From Escherichia coli O127:H6 str. E2348/69 (lineage in GTDB: Bacteria > Pseudomonadota > Gammaproteobacteria > Enterobacterales > Enterobacteriaceae), in assembly GCF_000026545.1 (NCBI RefSeq), contig NC_011601.1: a DNA stretch of 64,000 nt; one strand, given 5' to 3'. The notes under the pieces are model-generated. The model did no database searches and was not told the origin of the DNA. It saw only the letters and a program-made list of their open reading frames with translations. The position numbers and the translations under genes were made by a program. Within the stretch, counting starts at the first letter, position 1, and each line of letters opens with the position of its first letter. This document shows positions 14,742 to 24,747 of this stretch, piece after piece.

Positions 14742-15944
14742 TTAACGCAGCCATTCAGGCAAATCGTTTAATCCCATTGCCTGACGAATAAGTTGTGGCT
14801 TAACGCCAGGAAGCGTATCAGCCAGTTTCAGGCCAATATCACGCAGCAATTTTTTCGCCGGATTAGCCCCGGAAAACAGATCGCGGAATCCCTGCATACC
14901 AGCCAGCATCAGCGCCGCGCTGTGCTTGCGGCTACGCTCATAGCGACGCAGGTAAATGTACTGCCCGATGTCTTTACCCTGACGATGCAACCGTTTCAGT
15001 TCAGCAATCAGCTCTGCAGCATCCATAAAGCCGAGATTTACCCCCTGCCCCGCCAGCGGGTGAATGGTATGCGCGGCGTCGCCCACCAACACCAGACGGT
15101 GCGCGGCAAACTGGCGCGCATAACGCCCCGTCAGCGGGAACACCTGACGCTCACTCTCAACCTTGCATAAGCCCAGGCGATTATCAAAAGCGATATTTAA
15201 CGCGCGATTAAATTCGTCTTCCCCTGCCTGCTGCATCCGCTGCGCTTCCTCTGGCGACAGTGACCAGACAATCGAGCAAAGATGCGGATCGCTAAGCGGT
15301 AAAAAGGCCAGAATGCCTTCGCCATGGAAAACCTGCCGCGCCACCGCATCATGCGGTTCTTCCGTGCGAATGGTCGCCACCAGCGCGTGATGCTGATAAT
15401 CCCAGAAAGTCAGCGGAATATCGGCTTTGTTGCGCAACCAGGAATTAGCGCCGTCCGCGCCAATCACCAGACGCGCCGTTAACATGCTGCCATCTTTCAA
15501 CGTCAGGAAGGTTTCATTTTCTCCCCAGGCGACCTGCTGTAATTCTGCGGGGGCCAACAGAGTGATATCTGACGACTGCTGCGCTTTGTTCCACAGCGCG
15601 TAGTGAATCACTGAATTTTCAACGATATGCCCAAGATGGCTATAGCCCATGCTTTGATCGTCAAACGAGATGTGACCAAAACTGTCTTTATCCCACACTT
15701 CCATACCGTGATAGCAACAGGCCCTACGAGAGAGAATGTCCTGCCAGACGCCAAGACGGGTGAGTAATTTTTCGCTGGCGGCATTGATAGCCGAAACGCG
15801 CAGTTGTGGTGGTGCATCCGCCGCCAGAGGTTCCGGTACGCGCTGCTCCAGTACGGCAACGCGTAAGCCGCTACCCTGTAAGCCGCAGGCAACCGCCAGC
15901 CCGACCATGCCGCCGCCAACAATGGCTACATCAACACTTTGCAT
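14742..15944 (-). CDS. ubiI: FAD-dependent ubiquinone biosynthesis hydroxylase UbiI (VisC)
   Basis: 400-aa ORF with N-terminal GGGMVG dinucleotide-binding motif; adjacent paralog ubiH. Confidence 0.9.
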   Translation of the reverse strand: MQSVDVAIVGGGMVGLAVACGLQGSGLRVAVLEQRVPEPLAADAPPQLRVSAINAASEKLLTRLGVWQDILSRRACCYHGMEVWDKDSFGHISFDDQSMGYSHLGHIVENSVIHYALWNKAQQSSDITLLAPAELQQVAWGENETFLTLKDGSMLTARLVIGADGANSWLRNKADIPLTFWDYQHHALVATIRTEEPHDAVARQVFHGEGILAFLPLSDPHLCSIVWSLSPEEAQRMQQAGEDEFNRALNIAFDNRLGLCKVESERQVFPLTGRYARQFAAHRLVLVGDAAHTIHPLAGQGVNLGFMDAAELIAELKRLHRQGKDIGQYIYLRRYERSRKHSAALMLAGMQGFRDLFSGANPAKKLLRDIGLKLADTLPGVKPQLIRQAMGLNDLPEWLR

Positions 15945-15966
15945 TGTTTATTCCTTAAAACCGCCT

Positions 15967-17145
15967 TCAACGCGCCACCCAACCAAGAGTGCGCTGCGCC
16001 AGCACATCGCGTGCCGGGGTAAATAATTCCATCGTCATCAGCCCGATGTTGCGCCCGACAACCAGCGGCGTCCAACGGTTGGCAAAAAGATGAACAAGGC
16101 TGTCCGTGACGCCGATGGTTGCTTCGCGATCGCTCTGTCGACGCTGCTGATAACGGCACAATACGCCGTAATCACCCATGTCTTCTCCGCGTTCCTGCGC
16201 CTGAGTCAGGGTTTCCGCAAGGCTCATGACATCACGCATACCGAGGTTAAATCCTTGCCCGGCGATGGGGTGCAGAGTTTGCGCCGCATTGCCCACCAGC
16301 ACGGTACGATGGGTAATAGGTTTGGCGGCGCGGGTTAACGCCAGCGGATAAGCACTGCGTTTACCGGCGTGAGTAATTTTCCCAAGTCGCCAGCCAAAGG
16401 CCGACTGGAGTTCACGGCAAAACTTCTCGTCGCTCCACGACAGCACCTCTTCGCGCCGTTCCAGTGGATGACACCAGACCAGCGAACAGCGTCCGTCAGA
16501 CATCGGCAACATCGCCAGCGGGCCATGTTGCGTAAAGCGTTCAAAAGCGCGCCCTTCATGCGCAACGGAAGTCGCAACGTTGGCAATCACAGCCAGTTGT
16601 TCGTAAGGCTCCTGCTGCCAGTCAACGCCGCACACGGTGGCTAACGCTGAATGGGTGCCATCAGCGGCTACCAGCACGCAGCCCGTCAGCGTCTCGCCAC
16701 TCTCCAGCGTCACTTCAACGTGACTCTGAGTACGGGCAACGTTAGCCACGCGATCAGGACAATGCAGCGTTACGCCAGGTGCTTTGCGCAGCAATGCAAA
16801 CAGCCGTTGCCCGACATTATGCAATTCGACAACCTGCCCCAGCGCCGCCAGTTGGTAATCTTCTGCGGCGAGGGTGACGAATCCGGCATGACCACGATCG
16901 CTGACATGCACGGTAGTGATGGCGGTTGCGCAATCAGCCAGAGATTGCCAGACGCCGATGCGCGCCAGTTGCTGACAGGTACCCACCGCCAGCGCTATCG
17001 CTCGTCCATCAAAGCCCGGATGAGCATGTGACTCTGGCGCAGTCGCTTCAATCAAATGTACCGGCAGCGCCCCGTGACTTAACCGGGAAATAGCCAGCGC
17101 CAGCGTCGCGCCCGCCATGCCGCCACCGACGATGATTACGCTCAT
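15967..17145 (-). CDS. ubiH: 2-octaprenyl-6-methoxyphenol hydroxylase
   Basis: 392-aa ORF with N-terminal GGGMAG FAD-binding motif; 4-bp overlap with pepP. Confidence 0.9.
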   Translation of the reverse strand: MSVIIVGGGMAGATLALAISRLSHGALPVHLIEATAPESHAHPGFDGRAIALAVGTCQQLARIGVWQSLADCATAITTVHVSDRGHAGFVTLAAEDYQLAALGQVVELHNVGQRLFALLRKAPGVTLHCPDRVANVARTQSHVEVTLESGETLTGCVLVAADGTHSALATVCGVDWQQEPYEQLAVIANVATSVAHEGRAFERFTQHGPLAMLPMSDGRCSLVWCHPLERREEVLSWSDEKFCRELQSAFGWRLGKITHAGKRSAYPLALTRAAKPITHRTVLVGNAAQTLHPIAGQGFNLGMRDVMSLAETLTQAQERGEDMGDYGVLCRYQQRRQSDREATIGVTDSLVHLFANRWTPLVVGRNIGLMTMELFTPARDVLAQRTLGWVAR

Positions 17146-18467
17146 TGCTTTCTCGCAGCAGCCATCAACGCTTCGATTTCTTCCGGCTTTTTCACCACGC
17201 TGGCGGTGAGGTTTTCGTTGCCGGTTTCGGTAATCACAATGTCGTCTTCAATACGAATGCCGATACCGCGATATTGTTCTGGCACATCCGCATCCGGCGC
17301 GATATACAGACCAGGCTCTACGGTCAGTACCATCCCCGGTTCCAGAATGCGCGAGCGATCCTGACCATAAACGCCAACGTCATGGACATCCAGTCCTAAC
17401 CAGTGGCTAAGGCCATGCATAAAGAAAGGACGATGGGCGTTCTGAGCGATCAGTTCATCAACATCACCCTTCAGGATGCCGAGTTTTACCAGGCCGCTAA
17501 CCATGATACGCACCACTTCACCAGTGACTTCCTGCATGGAAGTTCCCGGACGATACAGGCGCAGGCTGGTTTCAAGAGACTCCAGCACAATGTCATAGAT
17601 TTCACGCTGAGCCTGAGTGAATTTGCCGTTGACCGGGAAGGTGCGGGTAATGTCGCCAGCGTAACCTTTGTATTCACAACCCGCGTCAATCAACACCAGA
17701 TCACCGTCACGCAGTTCACACTCGTTTTCGGTGTAGTGCAAAATGCAGCCGTTTTCACCGCTGCCAACAATGGTGTTATAGGAAGGGTAACGCGCACCGT
17801 GGCGGTTAAACTCGTGGTGAATTTCGCCTTCCAGATGGTACTCGAACATCCCCGGACGGCATTTTTCCATCGCCCGGGTATGCGCCAGTGCGGTGATTTC
17901 ACCCGCGCGGCGAAGTACGGCAATCTCTTCTGGTGATTTGAACAGGCGCATTTCATGAACAACAGGACGCCAGTCGATCATCGTAGCCGGGGCAGTGAGA
18001 TTCTGTCGCGAGCCTTTACGCAGCTTTTCCAGCGCGCTGTTCACGATTTCATCAGCATAGGTATATTCGCCCTGAGCGTGATAAACCACATCCAGACCAT
18101 TAAGCAGTTGATAAAGTTGCTGATTGATTTCGCTGAATGCCAGTGCGCGGTCAACGCCCAGTTTCTCTGGCGCGGCATCCTGGCCTAAGCGACGACCAAA
18201 CCAGATCTCTGCCGTCAGGTCGCGAACGCGGTTAAACAAAACGCTGTGGTTATGAGTGTCGTCGCTTTTAATCAGCACCAGCACCGCTTCCGGTTCGTTA
18301 AAGCCGGTGAAGTACCAGAAGTCACTGTTCTGACGATAGGGGTATTCGCTGTCGGCGCTACGTGTTACTTCTGGTGCAGCAAAAATCAGCGCGGCGCTGC
18401 CGGGTTGCATTTGCTCCACCAGGGCCTGACGGCGACGCTGAAACTCTTGCCGGGATATCTCACTCAT
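17142..18467 (-). CDS. pepP: Xaa-Pro aminopeptidase (aminopeptidase P II)
   Basis: Track ORF extended; Met at 18467 (MSEISRQEF) gives 441 aa; M24 metallopeptidase motifs. Confidence 0.9.
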   Translation of the reverse strand: MSEISRQEFQRRRQALVEQMQPGSAALIFAAPEVTRSADSEYPYRQNSDFWYFTGFNEPEAVLVLIKSDDTHNHSVLFNRVRDLTAEIWFGRRLGQDAAPEKLGVDRALAFSEINQQLYQLLNGLDVVYHAQGEYTYADEIVNSALEKLRKGSRQNLTAPATMIDWRPVVHEMRLFKSPEEIAVLRRAGEITALAHTRAMEKCRPGMFEYHLEGEIHHEFNRHGARYPSYNTIVGSGENGCILHYTENECELRDGDLVLIDAGCEYKGYAGDITRTFPVNGKFTQAQREIYDIVLESLETSLRLYRPGTSMQEVTGEVVRIMVSGLVKLGILKGDVDELIAQNAHRPFFMHGLSHWLGLDVHDVGVYGQDRSRILEPGMVLTVEPGLYIAPDADVPEQYRGIGIRIEDDIVITETGNENLTASVVKKPEEIEALMAAARKQ

Positions 18468-18492
18468 AACACTCTCCTTACGTTTTTTGTTT

Positions 18493-19071
18493 TTAGTGTA
18501 GAGTCGGTTTTTGTACTTCTGGCGCGGTCGGTTGCGGATGAGTAAAGGTGTCGTGGCATAACAGCGCGGCAACACGAACGTATTCGATGATCTCTTCAAG
18601 CGACATTTCAAGCTCTTCCTGATCTTCGTCTTCGTCGTAGCCCAGCTGCGCGATGTTACGCAGATCGTCGATGGCTTCACCGGTTTCTCCGGTCACTTTG
18701 TCCAGCTTCGGTTGCGTAACGCCAAGACCAAGCAGGAAGTGATTGACCCAACCTGCCAGCGCATCAGCCCGATCGAAAACGCTGACATCATCGCCATCAG
18801 GCAGATAAAGCTGAAAAAGGAAGCCGTCATCCTGCAGGGCATCGCTGGTGGCAGAGTGCATTTTACGCAGTGCCTGTGCCAGCTCATGACCGAAAGCCAT
18901 GCCTTCGTTCGTCAGGTCGTGAAGTAGCGGCAGCCATGAGCTGTCATCGTTACCGCCACATATCATCCCGCTGATTAAACCATGCATCTCAGCAGGGGTC
19001 AGACCCGTCCCTTGTTGGTTCAGATACTGGTTCATTTCGTTGTAACCAGGCATTTCGTTCTGTATAGACAT
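18493..19071 (-). CDS. ygfB: UPF0149 family protein YgfB
   Basis: 192 aa from [10 protein letters not shown] (alternative Met two codons upstream at 19077); acidic C-terminal region. Confidence 0.85.
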
Positions 19072-19172
19072 AAGCATTCGTCGTCAAAGGGAGGAATATT
19101 CATGATATGCTACCACTTTGGGCCCTGGTGGACCAGAAAAGGGCTTGTCTCTTCTCATCAGGGTAGCTATAG

Positions 19173-19568
<396 letters not shown>

Positions 19569-19609
19569 CACTTTTCGGTTTACTGTGGTAGAGTAACCGT
19601 GAAGACAAA

Positions 19610-19793
19610 ATTTCTCTGAGATGTTCGCAAGCGGGCCAGTCCCCTGAGCCGATATTTCATACCACAAGAATGTGGCGCTCCGCGGTTGGTGAGCATGCTC
19701 GGTCCGTCCGAGAAGCCTTAAAACTGCGACGACACATTCACCTTGAACCAAGGGTTCAAGGGTTACAGCCTGCGGCGGCATCTCGGAGATTCC
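19610..19793 (+). ncRNA. ssrS: 6S RNA
   Basis: Sequence ATTTCTCTGAGATGTTCGCAAGCGGGCCAGTCCCCTGAGCC...GGAGATTCCC read directly; matches the 6S RNA primary sequence I recall; zapA-ssrS-fau context. Confidence 0.85.
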
Positions 19794-19813
19794 CTTCTTA
19801 TCTGGCACCAGCC

Positions 19814-20416
19814 ATGACGCAACTACCAGAACTCTCACTGACATTATCCCGACAAGAAATCCGCAAAATGATTCGGCAACGTCGTCGTGCGTTAACGCCG
19901 GAACAACAGCAGGAAATGGGTCAACAAGCCGCTACCCGGATGATGACTTATCCCCCGGTGGTGATGGCACATACGGTCGCTGTATTCCTCTCTTTTGATG
20001 GCGAACTCGACACCCTGCCACTCATAGAACAACTCTGGCGCGCCGGTAAGCGCGTATATCTTCCAGTTTTGCATCCCGTCAGTGCCGGTAATTTGCTGTT
20101 CCTGAATTACCATCCGCAAAGCGAACTGGTGATGAACAGGTTGAAGATCCATGAGCCAAAACTGGATGTGCGTGACGTGCTACCCCTTTCCCGATTAGAC
20201 GTGTTGATCACACCGCTGGTCGCCTTTGATGAGTACGGTCAGCGCCTGGGAATGGGCGGTGGTTTTTATGATCGGACCTTACAAAACTGGCAGCACTATA
20301 AAATGCAACCGGTGGGTTATGCGCATGATTGTCAGTTAGTGGAAAAACTCCCCGTTGAAGAGTGGGATATCCCTCTTCCTGCGGTGGTTACACCGTCGAA
20401 AGTCTGGGAGTGGTGA
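19814..20416 (+). CDS. fau: 5-formyltetrahydrofolate cyclo-ligase (YgfA/Fau)
   Basis: Track ORF begins inside ssrS; Met at 19814 (MTQLPELSL) gives 200 aa; the alternative Met at 19868 (MIRQRRR) would give 182 aa. Confidence 0.8.
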   Translation: MTQLPELSLTLSRQEIRKMIRQRRRALTPEQQQEMGQQAATRMMTYPPVVMAHTVAVFLSFDGELDTLPLIEQLWRAGKRVYLPVLHPVSAGNLLFLNYHPQSELVMNRLKIHEPKLDVRDVLPLSRLDVLITPLVAFDEYGQRLGMGGGFYDRTLQNWQHYKMQPVGYAHDCQLVEKLPVEEWDIPLPAVVTPSKVWEW

Positions 20417-20469
20417 GGGCGACACACCTGCATCGCCCTGATTGACATCGTTGATTCTTTAACCTAATT

Positions 20470-20616
20470 TAGTGAGTAAGGGTAAGGGAGGATGACTCCT
20501 CCCCTGAGACTGACTGTTAATAAGCTGGGAAACTTATGAGTAACAGTACAATCAGTATGATGACAAGTCGCATCATAACCCTTCTCCTTCAAGCCCTCGC
20601 TTCGGTGAGGGCTTTA
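20470..20616 (+). ncRNA. sibC: Sib-family antitoxin sRNA (SibC-like), antisense to ibsC
   Basis: Fully overlaps ibsC on the opposite strand; GGGTAAGGGAGG...CCTCCCCTGAGACTGACTG motif; ends in hairpin AGCCCTCGCTTCGGTGAGGGCTTT. Boundaries approximate. Confidence 0.5.
20517..20576 (-). CDS. ibsC: Ibs-family type I toxin, 19-aa hydrophobic peptide
   Basis: Minus-strand ATGATGCGACTTGTCATCATACTGATTGTACTGTTACTCATAAGTTTCCCAGCTTATTAA translates to MMRLVIILIVLLLISFPAY*. Confidence 0.6.
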   Translation of the reverse strand: MMRLVIILIVLLLISFPAY

Positions 20617-20751
20617 CCGTTACAGCCCCATGCTGCCCTGCCATCGTAAATCCCCATTAAATAAACACAACGCATTGATCTGACTTTGATTTATTTTCTG
20701 GAGCAGGCTCGCAAAGTAGAATGCGCAATGCGGCAACGGTGTGGAGAAGGG

Positions 20752-20784
20752 ATAAAAAAACGGGCAAGTCAGTGACCTGCCCGT
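20752..20784 (-). terminator. rho-independent terminator of serA
   Basis: Minus-strand hairpin CGGGCAGGTCACTGACTTGCCCG followed by TTTTTTT, 20 bp downstream of the serA stop. Confidence 0.75.
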
Positions 20785-20804
20785 TGATTTTCAGAGAAGG
20801 GGAT

Positions 20805-22037
20805 TTAGTACAGCAGACGGGCGCGAATGGTACCCGGAATAGCTTTCATTGCCTGCAGCGCTTTTTCGGCAACGTCTTCGTCGGCTTCAATATCAATAAC
20901 TACATAACCCATCTGGGCGGAAGTTTGCAGATATTGCGCGGCGATGTTGACGCCCTGCTCGGCAAAAATTTTGTTGAGCGCAGTCAGCACACCCGGACGG
21001 TTTTCGTGGATGTGCATCAGACGACGACCACCGTGCAGTGGCAGCGAGACTTCCGGGAAGTTCACCGCAGAGAGCGTTGAGCCATTGTCAGAATACTTGA
21101 TCAATTTACCCGCAACTTCCAGGCCGATATTCTCCTGCGCTTCCTGAGTCGAACCGCCAATGTGTGGCGTCAGAAGGACATTGTCGAATTCACACAGCGG
21201 AGAGGTAAATGGATCGCTGTTGGTCGCCGGTTCCGTCGGGAATACGTCGATTGCCGCCCCCGCCAGATGTTTGCTCGCCAGCGCGTCGCACAGCGCTGGA
21301 ATATCCACCACAGTACCGCGCGAAGCATTAATCAGCAGCGAGCCGGGTTTCATTAGCGAAATCTCTTTCGTGCCCATCATATTTTTGGTGGACGGATTCT
21401 CTGGTACATGCAGACTCACCACATCGCTCATATTCAGCAGGTCAGAAAGATGCTGTACCTGAGTGGCGTTGCCCAGCGGCAGTTTGTTTTCAATATCATA
21501 AAAGTAAACATACATTCCCAGCGATTCAGCCAGAATGCCCAATTGCGTACCAATATGACCATAGCCGATGATACCCAGCTTTTTGCCGCGCGCTTCAAAA
21601 GAACCCGCCGCCAGTTTGTTCCACACGCCACGGTGCGCTTTAGCATTGGCTTCCGGCACGCCGCGCAATAGCAGCAGCAGTTCGCCAATCACCAGCTCCG
21701 CAACAGAGCGCGTATTTGAGAACGGTGCGTTAAATACCGGGATCCCGCGCTTTGCCGCCGCATCCAGATCAACCTGGTTTGTTCCGATACAGAAACAGCC
21801 AATAGCGACCAGTTTTTCTGCGGCGTTGATCACGTCTTCAGTCAGATGGGTACGGGATCGCAGGCCGATGAAGTGGGCATCGCGGATGGATTCTTTTAAT
21901 TGTTCATCATCCAGCGCGCCTTTGTGAAATTCGATGTTGGTGTAACCAGCTGCACGAAGGCTTTCCAGCGCCTTTTGGTGCACGCCTTCTACCAGCAGAA
22001 ACTTAATCTTGTCTTTCTCCAGCGATACCTTTGCCAT
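20805..22037 (-). CDS. serA: D-3-phosphoglycerate dehydrogenase
   Basis: 410-aa ORF with NAD-binding GxGxxG (GIIGYGHIG) and C-terminal ACT domain. Confidence 0.95.
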   Translation of the reverse strand: MAKVSLEKDKIKFLLVEGVHQKALESLRAAGYTNIEFHKGALDDEQLKESIRDAHFIGLRSRTHLTEDVINAAEKLVAIGCFCIGTNQVDLDAAAKRGIPVFNAPFSNTRSVAELVIGELLLLLRGVPEANAKAHRGVWNKLAAGSFEARGKKLGIIGYGHIGTQLGILAESLGMYVYFYDIENKLPLGNATQVQHLSDLLNMSDVVSLHVPENPSTKNMMGTKEISLMKPGSLLINASRGTVVDIPALCDALASKHLAGAAIDVFPTEPATNSDPFTSPLCEFDNVLLTPHIGGSTQEAQENIGLEVAGKLIKYSDNGSTLSAVNFPEVSLPLHGGRRLMHIHENRPGVLTALNKIFAEQGVNIAAQYLQTSAQMGYVVIDIEADEDVAEKALQAMKAIPGTIRARLLY

Positions 22038-22292
22038 TTACCCAATCCTGTCTTTTGAAATGTTGTGTGCGGATTTGCATCCGCCTTTCAACATATCAAA
22101 AAATAATATTGCGGCAATATGAACGTTTGCGTCGCGATGTTGAGGAAATATCACGCAAAAGTATTTCTTGGATGAATATGCTGGTTTAGAAGATTTATTT
22201 AGAGCAATCGACAATTGCCAGGTAAAAACGTGACACATGTCACCAAATTTAATGAAGAGAATTTTTTTAACGGGGGAGGTTCCCCCGTCAGA

Positions 22293-22952
22293 TCATTTCA
22301 CAATAGTTTTGACACCGTCAGGTGTGCCAATCAGCGCAACGTCCGCGCCACGGTTAGCAAACAAACCAACAGTCACCACGCCAGGAATCGCATTTATGGC
22401 GTTTTCCATCGCTATCGGGTCAAGGATTTCCATGCCGTGGACGTCGAGGATCACGTTGCCGTTATCGGTCACTACGCCCTGACGGTATTCCGGACGACCG
22501 CCCAGTTTCACCAGCTGGCGCGCCACTGCACTACGTGCCATCGGGATAACTTCTACTGGCAGCGGGAATTTGCCCAGAATATCAACCTGCTTGGAAGCGT
22601 CTGCAATACAGATAAATTTTTCCGCAACCGAAGCAATGATTTTTTCACGGGTCAGCGCCGCGCCGCCGCCTTTGATCATTTGCATGTGGCCGTTGATTTC
22701 ATCTGCGCCATCAACGTAGATGCCAAGGCTGTCGACTTCGTTGAGATCAAAAACGTGAATGCCGAGGCTTTTCAGTTTTTCAGTGGAAGCATCTGAACTG
22801 GAAACGGCCCCTTCAATCTGGCCTTTCATTGTACCGAGTGCGTCAATAAAGTGTGCGGCGGTGGAACCTGTACCTACACCAACAATGGTGCCGGGCTGAA
22901 CATACTGAAGTGCCGCCCATCCTACTGCTTTTTTCAATTCATCCTGCGTCAT
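22293..22952 (-). CDS. rpiA: ribose-5-phosphate isomerase A
   Basis: Track ORF extended; Met at 22952 (MTQDELKK) gives 219 aa; RpiA motifs (GVGTGST). Confidence 0.92.
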
Positions 22953-22987
22953 GATCGTTTCGCCTGTGGTATGAAATTTCACACGCA

Positions 22988-23265
22988 TTATACTCTAAAT
23001 AATTCGAGTTGCAGGAAGGCGACAAGAGAGTGACAAATTCGTCAGGAACGAATTTGCCCAGCCGCAGGCTGGCCTTCGGTGAGAGACATGGATGTCTCTC
23101 ATTAATCCCCAGGAGCTTACAGAAGTAAGTGACTGGGGTGAGCGACAAATCCGCATGGAGCGGATTTGAACGCTGCTTGCAGCGGCCCCGTAAGGGGTGA
23201 GGCCCATGGATGGGCCGAATAACCCGCAGACGCAGCACATGCAACTTGAAGTATGACGAGTATAT
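22988..23265. repeat. ERIC (IRU) element, expanded form with two internal hairpin insertions
   Basis: Core matches the inverted copy at 30578-30702 (…AAGTAAGTGACTGGGGTGAGCGA…, terminal TATACTC/GAGTATA); two extra blocks at about 23033-23102 and 23145-23223. Confidence 0.8.
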
Positions 23266-23279
23266 ACAAAAAAAGCGAT

Positions 23280-23558
23280 TCAGACCCCGTTGGCAAGCCG
23301 GGTGGTTAACTCATCCATAAAATATCGCGCAATGGCGGGCATCCCCTTTCGCCCCGCAAATAAAGCATACAACGGTCTGGGGATGCTGCTCCACGGTGCG
23401 AACAGGCGCACCAGTTCCCCGTTAGCAAGCCCCTGTTTACAGGCAAACTGAGGCAATAACGCCACACCATTCAACACAACCAGGGCGCGAACTCGCTGAG
23501 CGAAATGCATTAGCGCAAATCCCTGATCTTTTAAGCTGCGCGTTAACCACTGATACAA
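23280..23558 (-). pseudogene. yqfE: LysR-family regulator fragment (C-terminal effector domain only)
   Basis: 92-aa ORF matching only the C-terminal part of LysR-type regulators; no N-terminal HTH region. Confidence 0.6.
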
Positions 23559-23650
23559 ATGTTACCCGCCAACGACTTCGGTATATGCAACCCGACACAA
23601 AATTGTGTCATAGTGCAGGAAAAAGCATTTACCAGGAGCAGACAACAGCA

Positions 23651-24544
23651 ATGAAACGCCCGGACTACAGAACATTACAGGCACTGGATGCGGTGATACG
23701 TGAACGAGGATTTGAGCGCGCGGCACAAAAGCTGTGCATTACACAATCAGCCGTCTCACAGCGCATTAAGCAACTGGAAAATATGTTCGGGCAGCCGCTG
23801 TTAGTGCGTACCGTACCGCCGCGCCCGACGGAACAAGGGCAAAAACTGTTGGCGCTACTACGCCAGGTGGAGCTGCTGGAAGAAGAGTGGCTGGGCGATG
23901 AACAAACCGGTTCGACTCCGCTGCTGCTTTCACTGGCGGTCAACGCCGACAGTCTGGCGACGTGGTTGCTTCCGGCGCTGGCTCCTGTGTTGGCTGATTC
24001 GCCTATCCGCCTCAACTTGCAGGTAGAAGATGAAACCCGCACTCAGGAACGTCTGCGCCGCGGCGAAGTGGTCGGCGCGGTGAGTATTCAACATCAGGCG
24101 CTGCCGAGTTGTCTTGTCGATAAGCTCGGTGCGCTCGACTATCTGTTCGTCAGCTCAAAACCGTTTGCCGAAAAATATTTCCCTAACGGCGTAACGCGTT
24201 CGGCATTATTGAAAGCACCTGTGGTCGCCTTTGACCATCTTGACGATATGCACCAAGCCTTTTTGCAGCAAAACTTCGATCTGCCCCCAGGCAGCGTACC
24301 GTGCCATATCGTTAATTCTTCAGAAGCGTTCGTACAACTTGCTCGCCAGGGCACCACCTGCTGTATGATCCCGCACCTGCAAATCGAGAAAGAACTGGCC
24401 AGCGGTGAACTGATTGACTTAACGCCGGGGCTATTTCAACGCCGGATGCTCTACTGGCATCGCTTTGCTCCTGAAAGCCGCATGATGCGTAAAGTCACTG
24501 ATGCGTTGCTCGATTATGGCCACAAAGTCCTTCGTCAGGATTAA
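23651..24544 (+). CDS. argP: LysR-type transcriptional regulator ArgP (IciA)
   Basis: Met at 23651 ([15 protein letters not shown]) gives 297 aa; N-terminal HTH; divergent from the yqfE fragment. Confidence 0.92.
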
Positions 24545-24747
24545 TCCATCAAATAATGCCTGATAGCACATATCAGGCATTATCCTCACTTCTTTTTGTA
24601 TTCCTTGAATCACATCACAAAATAGACAAATCTCAGGCGGCAAAAAACGACGTCTGAATGCATTTTTTTTGCTGGCGACAAACCCACGTAAAAAGCTCAC
24701 CGTAAGCGCAAATACCCTCATTTTGATTGCGTTTTACGGAGCAAATA

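Noticed and set aside
22939-23244. ORFs here and at 30421-30858 that share the peptide LTPVTY(F/L)CKL(L/M)G…[11 protein letters not shown]
   Set aside because: The shared peptide comes from translating the two ERIC repeat copies; this is not a duplicated protein-coding gene.
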